DNA of 64,000 nucleotides. Origin: an uncultured virus (IMG/VR IMGVR_UViG_3300018413_000001). Lineage: Duplodnaviria > Heunggongvirae > Uroviricota > Caudoviricetes. The position numbers and the translations under genes are program-made. The DNA is taken from the IMG/VR virus record IMGVR_UViG_3300018413_000001. The stretch is one strand, 5' to 3'. The notes below the pieces were generated by a model. That model saw only the letters and a program-made list of their open reading frames with translations, did not search any database and had not been told where the DNA came from. Of this stretch, positions 18,510-26,454 are shown piece by piece (the first letter of the stretch is position 1; each line of letters begins with the position of its first letter).

Positions 18510-19333
18510 TGGGTGCTACTCAACAACTTCTGGTATCTTATGGTTCCAATTTTGTGGGGCCGCTGGATGCTTATGCTGCGGATGGACTTGCAATTTGGGG
18601 GCTGTCTCACCGGCTGTTTACGAGCTACACAGGTCCGTTGTTCCGGGTGCGACGCACTGGGGATGATGAGCTGGACATTGCGGCGCTGTCTCCAGGCCTG
18701 TTTGACGCCGCGAGTTTGAGCGCCTTCGTGGGCGCTGACCCGTGGTGGTTCAGCCAGTTTTATGACCAGACTGGAAATGGCAACCATCTGACGTATGCCG
18801 CCAGCGGCCAGCCGCGAGGGGATATTGATGGGAACGGTCTGGCGTATGCCTACGCCGATACAGGGTCGAATGACGTGGCGATGATGAAGACCGGGCTTAG
18901 CATTGCGGCGACTGACTCAACGCACTGGACGGTCAATGCGGCTCCGGGATTTGGCATGGTGGGTGTGAATATTCACTCAACCAGTGACGTAAAACGCAAT
19001 GCCTTCAACTACGGCACCGGTGTTGCCCCTGACTGGAATGAGCCGGGCGGCACCGCACCGGGTGCCATCACTATCACGACTGACATTTGCAGTCATGCGC
19101 TGCAAATAGGTTCTTTGGGGTCGAGGCTAAATGCCGGCGTGGGGGTTACCACCGGGACCAAGACAAGCACCTCGATTACGATTGATCTTATCGGTGTCGG
19201 GACTCAAGCGGGCGTCCCATTGTGGGTGGCCAATGCCAAATTCTATGGAGGTGGGGTGTGGATAGCTGATGTCGGAAACACGAACGCAGATGCCATTCAG
19301 CAGATTGGAAAGGACCTGTATTTCGCCCAATGA
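18509..19333 (+). CDS. Virion protein with arabinofuranosidase-B-catalytic-like / ConA lectin-like domain
   Basis: GLSHRLFTSYTGPLFRVRR and FYDQTGNGNH motifs. Confidence 0.55.
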   Translation: MGATQQLLVSYGSNFVGPLDAYAADGLAIWGLSHRLFTSYTGPLFRVRRTGDDELDIAALSPGLFDAASLSAFVGADPWWFSQFYDQTGNGNHLTYAASGQPRGDIDGNGLAYAYADTGSNDVAMMKTGLSIAATDSTHWTVNAAPGFGMVGVNIHSTSDVKRNAFNYGTGVAPDWNEPGGTAPGAITITTDICSHALQIGSLGSRLNAGVGVTTGTKTSTSITIDLIGVGTQAGVPLWVANAKFYGGGVWIADVGNTNADAIQQIGKDLYFAQ

Positions 19334-19752
19334 AACTTTTTATTCCAGCTCCAGCAGCACGCGTTATGAGTGATGCGCTTTGGTCACTGAGCCGCCCCGC
19401 TGCTGGGCGAAGCCCAAAGGACACTCAATACCTTTTCCCGTGGCGCAAGGCACTTGATGACAGCCGCTGGCTTGAAGTGGACACGTCGTATCAAATCAAC
19501 GTGCATCCTCAGGCTGATGCAGCGGCTATTGTGATGGTGCTGCAACCTTATGAGGGCTCTGGGGCGCTGCCTGCGGGCACGCTGACCGCATTGTCGGCAC
19601 GGGTGAAAGAACTACGAGGCGGCCGCATGGTGGTCTATGATGAGTTCCCGCCATTGTTCAAACAACCTACAACAGAACACCCCGAGGGGGTGGCGCGGAC
19701 GCTGGAGGAGATGATTGCAAATGGGCTTTTTCCTCAACCAAAATTGCCGTAA
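19330..19752 (+). CDS. Hypothetical protein (fibre-associated)
   Basis: 140-aa ORF with ATGA overlap. Confidence 0.6.
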   Translation: MKLFIPAPAARVMSDALWSLSRPAAGRSPKDTQYLFPWRKALDDSRWLEVDTSYQINVHPQADAAAIVMVLQPYEGSGALPAGTLTALSARVKELRGGRMVVYDEFPPLFKQPTTEHPEGVARTLEEMIANGLFPQPKLP

Positions 19753-19756
19753 CCCC

Positions 19757-20002
19757 ATGGTATCAACGTTCTTCTCCATACCCCATGATGATCTGAACTT
19801 GGCCGCGTCCATCAGGCCAGCACTTCCTGTGGCCATCAAGGCTCAAGAAGAGACAAAAGATTTGGGGTCTGCGCAAACACCGGCCCGATGTATGGTCGAT
19901 AAGTTCATGGAAGAAGCATGTGCTGCTGACCTGCGCTTGGAGCAGGCTTCAAAGGCAGTACAGGAGGCTGATGAGAAACTGATCGAACACGCCAAAAAAT
20001 GA
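19757..20002 (+). CDS. Hypothetical protein
   Basis: 81-aa ORF from ATG at 19757, coupled to next gene. Confidence 0.55.
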   Translation: MVSTFFSIPHDDLNLAASIRPALPVAIKAQEETKDLGSAQTPARCMVDKFMEEACAADLRLEQASKAVQEADEKLIEHAKK

Positions 20003-20295
20003 CACCCGAAGAAGAAGCCGCCGAACTGAAGCTGGCCAATGCAGTCCTTCTCAAAGAGAAGGCTGATGCAGTGGCCCGGTGGCATGAGGAAGTCCGGGCG
20101 TCCCTCAAAACGCTGGCCAGTGAAATTGCCACGGTCAAGCTCAACACGAACGAACTGCCACAGATCCGTGCCAACCAGGAGTCCCATTCAACACGGATTC
20201 GGTCCCTTGAGGACAGGTGGATCGTCATTGTGGCTGTGTGGGTGATGACCGTGCTGGGGCTCATCCTCTACGTGCATTGGAGGGTGCCCTCATGA
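19999..20295 (+). CDS. Holin-like membrane protein
   Basis: Coiled coil ending RIRSLE, then a single C-terminal hydrophobic helix; lies at start of lysis cassette. Confidence 0.5.
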   Translation: MTPEEEAAELKLANAVLLKEKADAVARWHEEVRASLKTLASEIATVKLNTNELPQIRANQESHSTRIRSLEDRWIVIVAVWVMTVLGLILYVHWRVPS

Positions 20296-20933
20296 GCAGA
20301 ACTTTTTTCTTGGCCATCAATGGCATCCGGTTTCACCCTGGTGACGCCCAAGGCTGGCCCGAGCGGTTCTGTGATTACATCAACTTTCGCACGCCTGATG
20401 GTGTGAGTGCAGACCGGCGCGAGTATTACACCACTGCTGTGACACGGTTCATCGGCCAGCGGAGGCGCACTGATGAGCTGGCGCGCAAGGTGTCCAGGGC
20501 CAAGCAGGCCGGGTACCGTGTGGTGTTGGTTGGCCACTCGAATGGCTGCGACATCACAGCGCGGCTGCTCCGCGACATCGGCACTCAGATTGCAGCGTGC
20601 CACCTGTTTGCCCCGGCTGCACAGGAAGAAGACTTCGAGGATGCTCTCATCAATGATGTGGTGGGCCGTGTTCACATCTATGGCAGCCTCAACGACAAAG
20701 CCCTCCAGTTTGCCAAGGTCACACATGTGTTCGGTAGCTGGGCCGGGCTTGGGTACGGCTCAATGGGCCTTCGTGGAGGTGAATTTGCCGCCAGATGGCC
20801 AGGACGTGTGTTCGATCATAGCAACCACAGCTTTGGACACAGCACGTGGTTCACCGAAGGCCAGATCTTCGAGCATACCATGAAAAGCATCATCGAGAAC
20901 GACACCCAAGACCAGAAACACACCACACCATGA
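20292..20933 (+). CDS. Alpha/beta-hydrolase (serine esterase/lipase-like)
   Basis: AINGI oxyanion region, LVGHSNG nucleophile elbow, SLNDKAL Asp, GHSTWF His. Confidence 0.75.
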   Translation: MSRTFFLAINGIRFHPGDAQGWPERFCDYINFRTPDGVSADRREYYTTAVTRFIGQRRRTDELARKVSRAKQAGYRVVLVGHSNGCDITARLLRDIGTQIAACHLFAPAAQEEDFEDALINDVVGRVHIYGSLNDKALQFAKVTHVFGSWAGLGYGSMGLRGGEFAARWPGRVFDHSNHSFGHSTWFTEGQIFEHTMKSIIENDTQDQKHTTP

Positions 20934-21160
20934 AACACATCCTCATCATCGCCACACTGGCGCTCGTCTCTTGTGGGAGCCTCACCCAAGAACAGCGGGC
21001 TCAGATTGGCCTGAACCTCGTCAAAGATGCCAACGCTGCTGGGCTCGTTTATCTGACCACCGGCAGCGGGGCAGCCGCGGCACTGGCGGCAGGTGATCAA
21101 GTGATCAAGAACAACACCCGTGCCACCAGCGCCAAGAATCCTCAGACCATCACGCCATGA
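20930..21160 (+). CDS. Small lipoprotein (possible spanin-like lysis factor)
   Basis: MKHILIIATLALVSC signal peptide with lipobox Cys. Confidence 0.6.
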   Translation: MKHILIIATLALVSCGSLTQEQRAQIGLNLVKDANAAGLVYLTTGSGAAAALAAGDQVIKNNTRATSAKNPQTITP

Positions 21161-21705
21161 ACTACCCAAAAAACTATGAATGGCTCGGCACAATCGGGAC
21201 GCTGCCGCGTTGCATCCATGAAGCTCTCAAACTGCACGGCACCGCAGAAGTGGTCGGCAAAGGATCAAACGCAACGATCATCGGCTGGCGTGATGAACTC
21301 AACCATGCAGGGGTGAAAATCTATGGGTACTCTGACGATGACATCCCGTGGTGTGGGCTTTTTGCTGCAATCGTGGTGCTTCGTGCCCGTTCGGCTGCTG
21401 AAGTTGTCGTGGAGCCTCTTTGGGCGTTGAATTGGGCCAAGTTTGGTGTGAAGTCTCCTCAAGCTGGGCTAGGGGATATTCTTGCTTTCCAGCGCAATGG
21501 AGGGGGCCATGTCGGTTTCTACATCGCTGAAGACGAGTCCTGCTACCATGTTCTTGGTGGCAACCAGTCGAACAAAGTGTGTGTCACCCGAGTGGAGAAA
21601 GACCGCTGCAAAGCCGTCCGCCGCCCACCATACCATAGCCAGCCTGAAAGCGTGAAACGGTACCTCGTAAATGCTCGTGGTGCAGTCAGCAAAAATGAGG
21701 CTTGA
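21157..21705 (+). CDS. Endolysin, CHAP/NlpC-P60-like amidase (TIGR02594-like)
   Basis: DDIPWCGLF catalytic Cys, GHVGF His, LGGNQSN. Confidence 0.8.
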   Translation: MNYPKNYEWLGTIGTLPRCIHEALKLHGTAEVVGKGSNATIIGWRDELNHAGVKIYGYSDDDIPWCGLFAAIVVLRARSAAEVVVEPLWALNWAKFGVKSPQAGLGDILAFQRNGGGHVGFYIAEDESCYHVLGGNQSNKVCVTRVEKDRCKAVRRPPYHSQPESVKRYLVNARGAVSKNEA

Positions 21706-21711
21706 TACCAC

Positions 21712-22203
21712 TCATCTCCTCCTGCTAGACCGCAGCGGTGGGTAATCCGTCACAAGGATGCCCTCAAGCACCTGCTTGGCCTCAAGGTACCCCATGCTGC
21801 CACGGCTGAACACACTGCATAGGTGGATCACGGCCTTGGTGGTGGGGCCGTCGAACTTGTTCTCCTGACAAAACCGCAGAGGTGTGATGGCCCAGTCCGA
21901 GTCTTGGGTGCGCCAGGCGGTCTTGGTCTGCTCGTACATGGACAGGCCAAGGTCACAATAGTGGATGGCCTTCTCAAGGTCTTCACGTCCGTGCTTGGCC
22001 CGGTGGCGGCTGACATACTTGATCACGTTGGCCATGCAGTATGGCAACTGGTTGCGCTCGCTGAACTCCACCGGCTGGATGGGCATGTTCTTGTAGTGCT
22101 GCCCACCGACCTGTGTGGCGAGCGGGTTGAACATGGTGGACTCACCGGTCAACGGGAGCGGGGCCTGGACGATTTTGAGGCTGGTGGCGCGAGGATGTTT
22201 CAT
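21712..22203 (-). CDS. DUF3310 family protein (T7 gp1.7 nucleotide kinase-like)
   Basis: QVGGQHYK...IQPVEF...NVIKYVSRHRAKHGREDLEKAIHY. Confidence 0.8.
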   Translation of the reverse strand: MKHPRATSLKIVQAPLPLTGESTMFNPLATQVGGQHYKNMPIQPVEFSERNQLPYCMANVIKYVSRHRAKHGREDLEKAIHYCDLGLSMYEQTKTAWRTQDSDWAITPLRFCQENKFDGPTTKAVIHLCSVFSRGSMGYLEAKQVLEGILVTDYPPLRSSRRR

Positions 22204-22206
22204 GAG

Positions 22207-22398
22207 CTAGAAAAGTGATGCGTCAATGGCGTTCGGAGTTTTGCACTCAGGACATTTGACCGTGTAATAGTTTCCGTCACGTTGATCGCTGACGAACTTG
22301 GCTTCCTTCTCAGTGAATGAAAACTTGCAGCCACACTCCTGACAGGTGCATTTCACTTCTTTGGGTTTCTTGGTATCTCCTGATTTAATTATCTTCAT
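22207..22398 (-). CDS. Small zinc-ribbon protein
   Basis: CQECGC...CPEC. Confidence 0.65.
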   Translation of the reverse strand: MKIIKSGDTKKPKEVKCTCQECGCKFSFTEKEAKFVSDQRDGNYYTVKCPECKTPNAIDASLF

Positions 22399-23821
22399 AT
22401 TCATCCTCCATCAAATCTGAATCATCACCGATCTCGACCACGCCGCCACCACGGCGGAACGCCTCAAGGCTTTGCAGCGCGGTCAGCAGGGTGTTTTCGC
22501 TGGCAGCCTTGTTCTCCAGGGCCAGAGCCACGGCGTAGTCCACGGTGCCGGGGCACATGAGCCGCCACAGGTTGACTTCGTTCCGCTGTCCGCGCCGGAA
22601 CAGACGGCCCAGCATCTGCTCGGACTTCTCCCGGCTGTAAGTCTGGGAGTACCACACAAGGTTGCACCCGCCATCCTGCATGTTGAGTCCGTGGGCCATG
22701 GAGGCCGGGTGGGCGACGAGCTGGGGGATCTTGCCCGCGTTCCACCGTGCCAGCATCTGCACCTGTGCCGCCTTGTTCTTGTAGTCGGAGAAGAACTCCG
22801 CCTTGGGCAGCGCCTTCCTCAACCGGTCAACCTCGTGCTGATAGGCGTAGCCAATGAGGGTGGGACCGTCAATCTTCCTGACCGTCTCCACCAGCGCCCG
22901 GATTTTCTTGTCGTGGATCTCATGCACCAGCTTCTCCTCGTCGTACGTGGCTCCGCTGGTGAACTGCATGAGCTTGGTGATGAGCGCGGCAGCATTGGGG
23001 GCTGTGATCACCTTGTCTCGGATCTGGGTCACAAGCTCGTCCTCGAACTGCTGGTATTGTGACATTAGTGCAGACCCTAGATCAATCTCAACATCGTTGA
23101 CCACGGTGTCAGGCAGGTCGAGCCAGTCGCTGGTCCTCAACGTCAGGGTGACATCACTGATCCGTTTGTAAATCCGCTCCCCCGCACCATCCTTGAGCAC
23201 CCACTTGTATTTGCGGAAGTCAGTGGGCTTGAAATAGGTCTTTTGAAAATTGCTGAAGCTCGGGCCAAGCCGTTTGCCGCCGTCCACCATCATCATCTGG
23301 CCCCACAGGTCGGCCTCACTGTTGGGGGCCGGGGTGCCGGTCATCGCGATCTGCCGGGCGACACGGGGGCAGTATTCGCGGTAGATAGCAGCCCGCTTGG
23401 ACTGGTTGCTCTTGGCCTTGGTGGACTCGTCGAACACCACCATGTCGTAAGGCACGGCCAGCGACTTCTGCTTGGCCAGCAGCACGGCCACGGTGGGCAG
23501 GGACTCCCAGTTGACCGTGTAGATGTGAGCAGTGCCCTTGGTGAACTGCTTCTGGCCTTCCTCGGTGCGCAGGTCGGCAATTCGCATCTGACGGAACTGC
23601 TCGAACTTGGCCACCTCGTTGGGCCACGTCAAGTTGCACACGGCCAGCGGTGCGATCACCAGCATGGCTCTTGCCTCTCCGGTGAGCAGTAATGTATCAA
23701 GGTGGTCGATGATGGTGGCGGTCTTGCCAAGGCCCATCCCCATGAGCAAGAACGTGTCAGGGTGCGCGAGCAGGTGACTGCGGGCCAACCGTTGGGGTTC
23801 TGACGGAGAGTAGCGCATCAT
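22385..23821 (-). CDS. SNF2-family helicase
   Basis: MGLGKT Walker A, VVFDEST Walker B, MTGTP, HGLNMQ, GRLFRRGQ. Confidence 0.9.
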   Translation of the reverse strand: MMRYSPSEPQRLARSHLLAHPDTFLLMGMGLGKTATIIDHLDTLLLTGEARAMLVIAPLAVCNLTWPNEVAKFEQFRQMRIADLRTEEGQKQFTKGTAHIYTVNWESLPTVAVLLAKQKSLAVPYDMVVFDESTKAKSNQSKRAAIYREYCPRVARQIAMTGTPAPNSEADLWGQMMMVDGGKRLGPSFSNFQKTYFKPTDFRKYKWVLKDGAGERIYKRISDVTLTLRTSDWLDLPDTVVNDVEIDLGSALMSQYQQFEDELVTQIRDKVITAPNAAALITKLMQFTSGATYDEEKLVHEIHDKKIRALVETVRKIDGPTLIGYAYQHEVDRLRKALPKAEFFSDYKNKAAQVQMLARWNAGKIPQLVAHPASMAHGLNMQDGGCNLVWYSQTYSREKSEQMLGRLFRRGQRNEVNLWRLMCPGTVDYAVALALENKAASENTLLTALQSLEAFRRGGGVVEIGDDSDLMEDEYEDN

Positions 23822-24099
23822 TTGAGTTTGCTGGCCAACATTTTTCTGCAATTGGAGCACCAGTCTGAAAACTCAGCCGGAATCACCAGTTCGGGTGTTT
23901 TCTGAACGTGGGCAAAGAGTGTGCGACCATATCCACAGCATGGGCAGATCGGGATGAGAAGCTTGCTCTGCATCTCAAGTTCTTTGTTGGCCATTTGGCT
24001 CCACCAATTGTCTGTTTGCGGTACCAGACGTTGAACCACTGATGGGTTATAGCACGCAAAAACAGTTCCTATTTCTTGCATCTGTTCGTGGCTTGGCAT
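23818..24099 (-). CDS. Hypothetical Cys-containing protein
   Basis: CPCCG...CSNC; coupled to helicase start. Confidence 0.5.
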   Translation of the reverse strand: MPSHEQMQEIGTVFACYNPSVVQRLVPQTDNWWSQMANKELEMQSKLLIPICPCCGYGRTLFAHVQKTPELVIPAEFSDWCSNCRKMLASKLK

Positions 24100-24100
24100 C

Positions 24101-24457
24101 TCACCACACGCCCTCCAGTTTGCCAGTCTTCGGCCCCGGCAGTGAGCACCACTCGTCGATGATCCGTTTGCCTTTCTCCACGTTGTCCGTCCAGTCGGCA
24201 AGCCCCTGGCGTATCAACACTTGCTGGATTTTCTCGGACTGCCCGACTGTCAGCTTTTCGCCGGGGCGTTTCACCTCCAGCAGGGCAGCCACACCATTGG
24301 GGGTGAGCAGCCAGCGGTCAGGCACCGAGCGGTTGTTCGGTGAGGTGAACTTCCACCACAAGCACCCCTTGCTCACGGCATACCTGCCAATGGCAGCCTC
24401 GATGGCTTTTTCACGGGGCTTGTGCTTGTCCGGGTTGTAGAACTTGGGGGGCATCAC
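24101..24457 (-). CDS. VRR-NUC domain nuclease
   Basis: EKAIE...WKFTSP...VPDR...LEVKRPG...Q PD-(D/E)XK signature next to the SNF2 helicase. Confidence 0.85.
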   Translation of the reverse strand: MMPPKFYNPDKHKPREKAIEAAIGRYAVSKGCLWWKFTSPNNRSVPDRWLLTPNGVAALLEVKRPGEKLTVGQSEKIQQVLIRQGLADWTDNVEKGKRIIDEWCSLPGPKTGKLEGVW

Positions 24458-24703
24458 TTAAAAAATCAGCGATTTCCTGCGAACTCTTGCCACCACTTCA
24501 GACATCCCAGAAGTGATCATTTTTGAGACGATGATACCATCATTACGGTCATCAAAATCAGAGATGCCAATGACCAAACCTTTAGGCAGATCTTTTGCCG
24601 CTTTTACAAAAGCATCCACGGCAGTTTTTTCTTTGTCAGTAAGCTTTGCTTCTTCCCTGATTTCTTTTTCAGAGAGCATTACCCAAGTTTTGTTTTTAAT
24701 CAT
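24458..24703 (-). CDS. Hypothetical protein (AT-rich)
   Basis: 81-aa ORF packed between neighbours. Confidence 0.55.
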   Translation of the reverse strand: MIKNKTWVMLSEKEIREEAKLTDKEKTAVDAFVKAAKDLPKGLVIGISDFDDRNDGIIVSKMITSGMSEVVARVRRKSLIF

Positions 24704-24715
24704 GATATTATTGGT

Positions 24716-25096
24716 TCAGTTAATCTTGAGCACCTTCATCATCTCCTGCCGTTCCACGATGTGCAGGCGGCTCAGGAGGCGGCGGAGCATGGTGGGCCGG
24801 TTGCGGGTCTGCACCTCGACCACGATGAGCTTGCGCAGACGGTCAGCCGTGGGGGCCGACTCGTTGAACACCTTGATCAGCGTGGGCCAGTTGACCAGCA
24901 GCGGGGTGTTGTTCCTGACAAAGGCTGTGGAGACAACGACCTCATGGCGTGCCGGGAACACCGGCTGCGGGATCTTCCGCAATGTCGTTTTGCTGGACTT
25001 CGGTTGGGATGCAAAGGTCACATGCTCCGTCTGGGCAGCAAACTTGTGGTTGGGCAGCGAAGCCGGGGCTTTGGACGACGGGTGTTTTTTGTTCAT
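24716..25096 (-). CDS. Hypothetical protein; true start uncertain, overlaps exonuclease 3' end
   Basis: C-terminal basic helix EVQTRNRPTMLRRLLSRL; typical codon usage. Confidence 0.5.
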   Translation of the reverse strand: MNKKHPSSKAPASLPNHKFAAQTEHVTFASQPKSSKTTLRKIPQPVFPARHEVVVSTAFVRNNTPLLVNWPTLIKVFNESAPTADRLRKLIVVEVQTRNRPTMLRRLLSRLHIVERQEMMKVLKIN

Positions 25097-25691
25097 TGGT
25101 TTGTGGTGGGTTTGTAGCAGAATCAGGCACGTTCTGCAAACAGTTTATGTGTTCAAGAATGTTGATGAGGTGCAGCGCCTGGAACTTGGCATCGTCGAGC
25201 GCGTGGTGCTTGATGCCGGTGAACTCGGGCTTCGGAACGCCGGGGAAGAGGTTTTTCAGCGTACGGTAGCAGCGGTGGCCCCAGAACTTCCATGGGATGT
25301 CATAGCCAACACGGCGGAAGGCTTCCTCCATGAGCACCACGTCGAACGTGGCGGCGTTGCCCCACACCTGAACTTCAGCGCCTTGGGCATTCTGAGTCAC
25401 CCAGCCATAGAAGTTGGCCAGCACTGCAATGATGTTGTCACCGGTCTCCCGTGTAATGGACTCACGGGCTTCATCAGACTGCTTCATCCACCATTGCACA
25501 GTGCCAGCGTCCATCTTGAGGCCGTTCTCAAGGCAGCTCTGGAGGTCAACAGGCTGGTAGAATCCATGCCCCAGCTTGCCGTCCTTGATGAAGACGGCTC
25601 CAATGGAGAGGATGGCGGCACCTGGAGTGTTGCCCATGGTTTCGATGTCGATCATGAGATCGACCGGCTGTGGTTTTGGTGGTGTGTTCAT
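24942..25691 (-). CDS. DEDDh 3'-5' exonuclease (Rv2179c/DUF5051-like)
   Basis: MIDIETMG, WGNAATFD, PWKFW..RCYRT, HHALDDA. Confidence 0.85.
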   Translation of the reverse strand: MNTPPKPQPVDLMIDIETMGNTPGAAILSIGAVFIKDGKLGHGFYQPVDLQSCLENGLKMDAGTVQWWMKQSDEARESITRETGDNIIAVLANFYGWVTQNAQGAEVQVWGNAATFDVVLMEEAFRRVGYDIPWKFWGHRCYRTLKNLFPGVPKPEFTGIKHHALDDAKFQALHLINILEHINCLQNVPDSATNPPQTNEQKTPVVQSPGFAAQPQVCCPDGACDLCIPTEVQQNDIAEDPAAGVPGTP

Positions 25692-25713
25692 TTTGTGTTG
25701 AGTGATTGAGATT

Positions 25714-26454
25714 TTACCAGATGCCGTTGAGAGGGTCACACCGGGTTTGTGCGATTTTGAAGTACTCGGGGTCGCGCTCAATACCGATGAACTTGCGCCC
25801 TGTGTTGATACAGGCCACGCCGGTTGTGCCGCTTCCCATGGTGTTGTCGAGCACCGTCTCGCCTTCGTTAGTGTAGGTGCGAATCAAGTATTCCATCAGA
25901 GCGACGGGCTTAATCGTTGGGTGTGCTCCGCTGGTATCGGTATTAAACTTCTGCCAAGATGAAGGCACGCGAAGTTCGCCACGCATCACAACGTCCTCGT
26001 TGTCAAATTTCCGGTAGTTATCACTGGCTGTCTTGTTATTAATGCCATACTTAACCCGACTCGCACCGGCACCGGTTCGCTCCTGCATCTGCTTGTTGTA
26101 AATCCACCCTCCTTGGCTGAACACCAAGGCAACTTCGTGCTCTTTGAAAGGCTCCCGGACTGTATTGGCAAAGTTGCTCCCACGGTTCTTTATCCACACC
26201 CATTCATGCCGAAACATGGTTGGATTACTCATCACCAGTGCGCTCGTAAACGGCTGGCTAGCCGTGAGCACAATAGCCGCATTCTTTTTGCAGATGCGCC
26301 GGTATTGTGCCCACAGTGGGGCGAACGGAATTACCGCGTCCCACTTACAGGCAGTCGTGCCATAAGGCAAATCGGCCATCACCATGTCCACGCTGCCGGT
26401 TTCGATTTCCTGCATGCGCTCAAGGCATTCACCAAGCATCAGTTGAACACTCAT
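25714..26454 (-). CDS. DNA N4-cytosine/N6-adenine methyltransferase (beta class)
   Basis: DLPYG catalytic motif, HPTIKPVAL, VLDNTMGSGTT SAM motif. Confidence 0.9.
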   Translation of the reverse strand: MSVQLMLGECLERMQEIETGSVDMVMADLPYGTTACKWDAVIPFAPLWAQYRRICKKNAAIVLTASQPFTSALVMSNPTMFRHEWVWIKNRGSNFANTVREPFKEHEVALVFSQGGWIYNKQMQERTGAGASRVKYGINNKTASDNYRKFDNEDVVMRGELRVPSSWQKFNTDTSGAHPTIKPVALMEYLIRTYTNEGETVLDNTMGSGTTGVACINTGRKFIGIERDPEYFKIAQTRCDPLNGIW

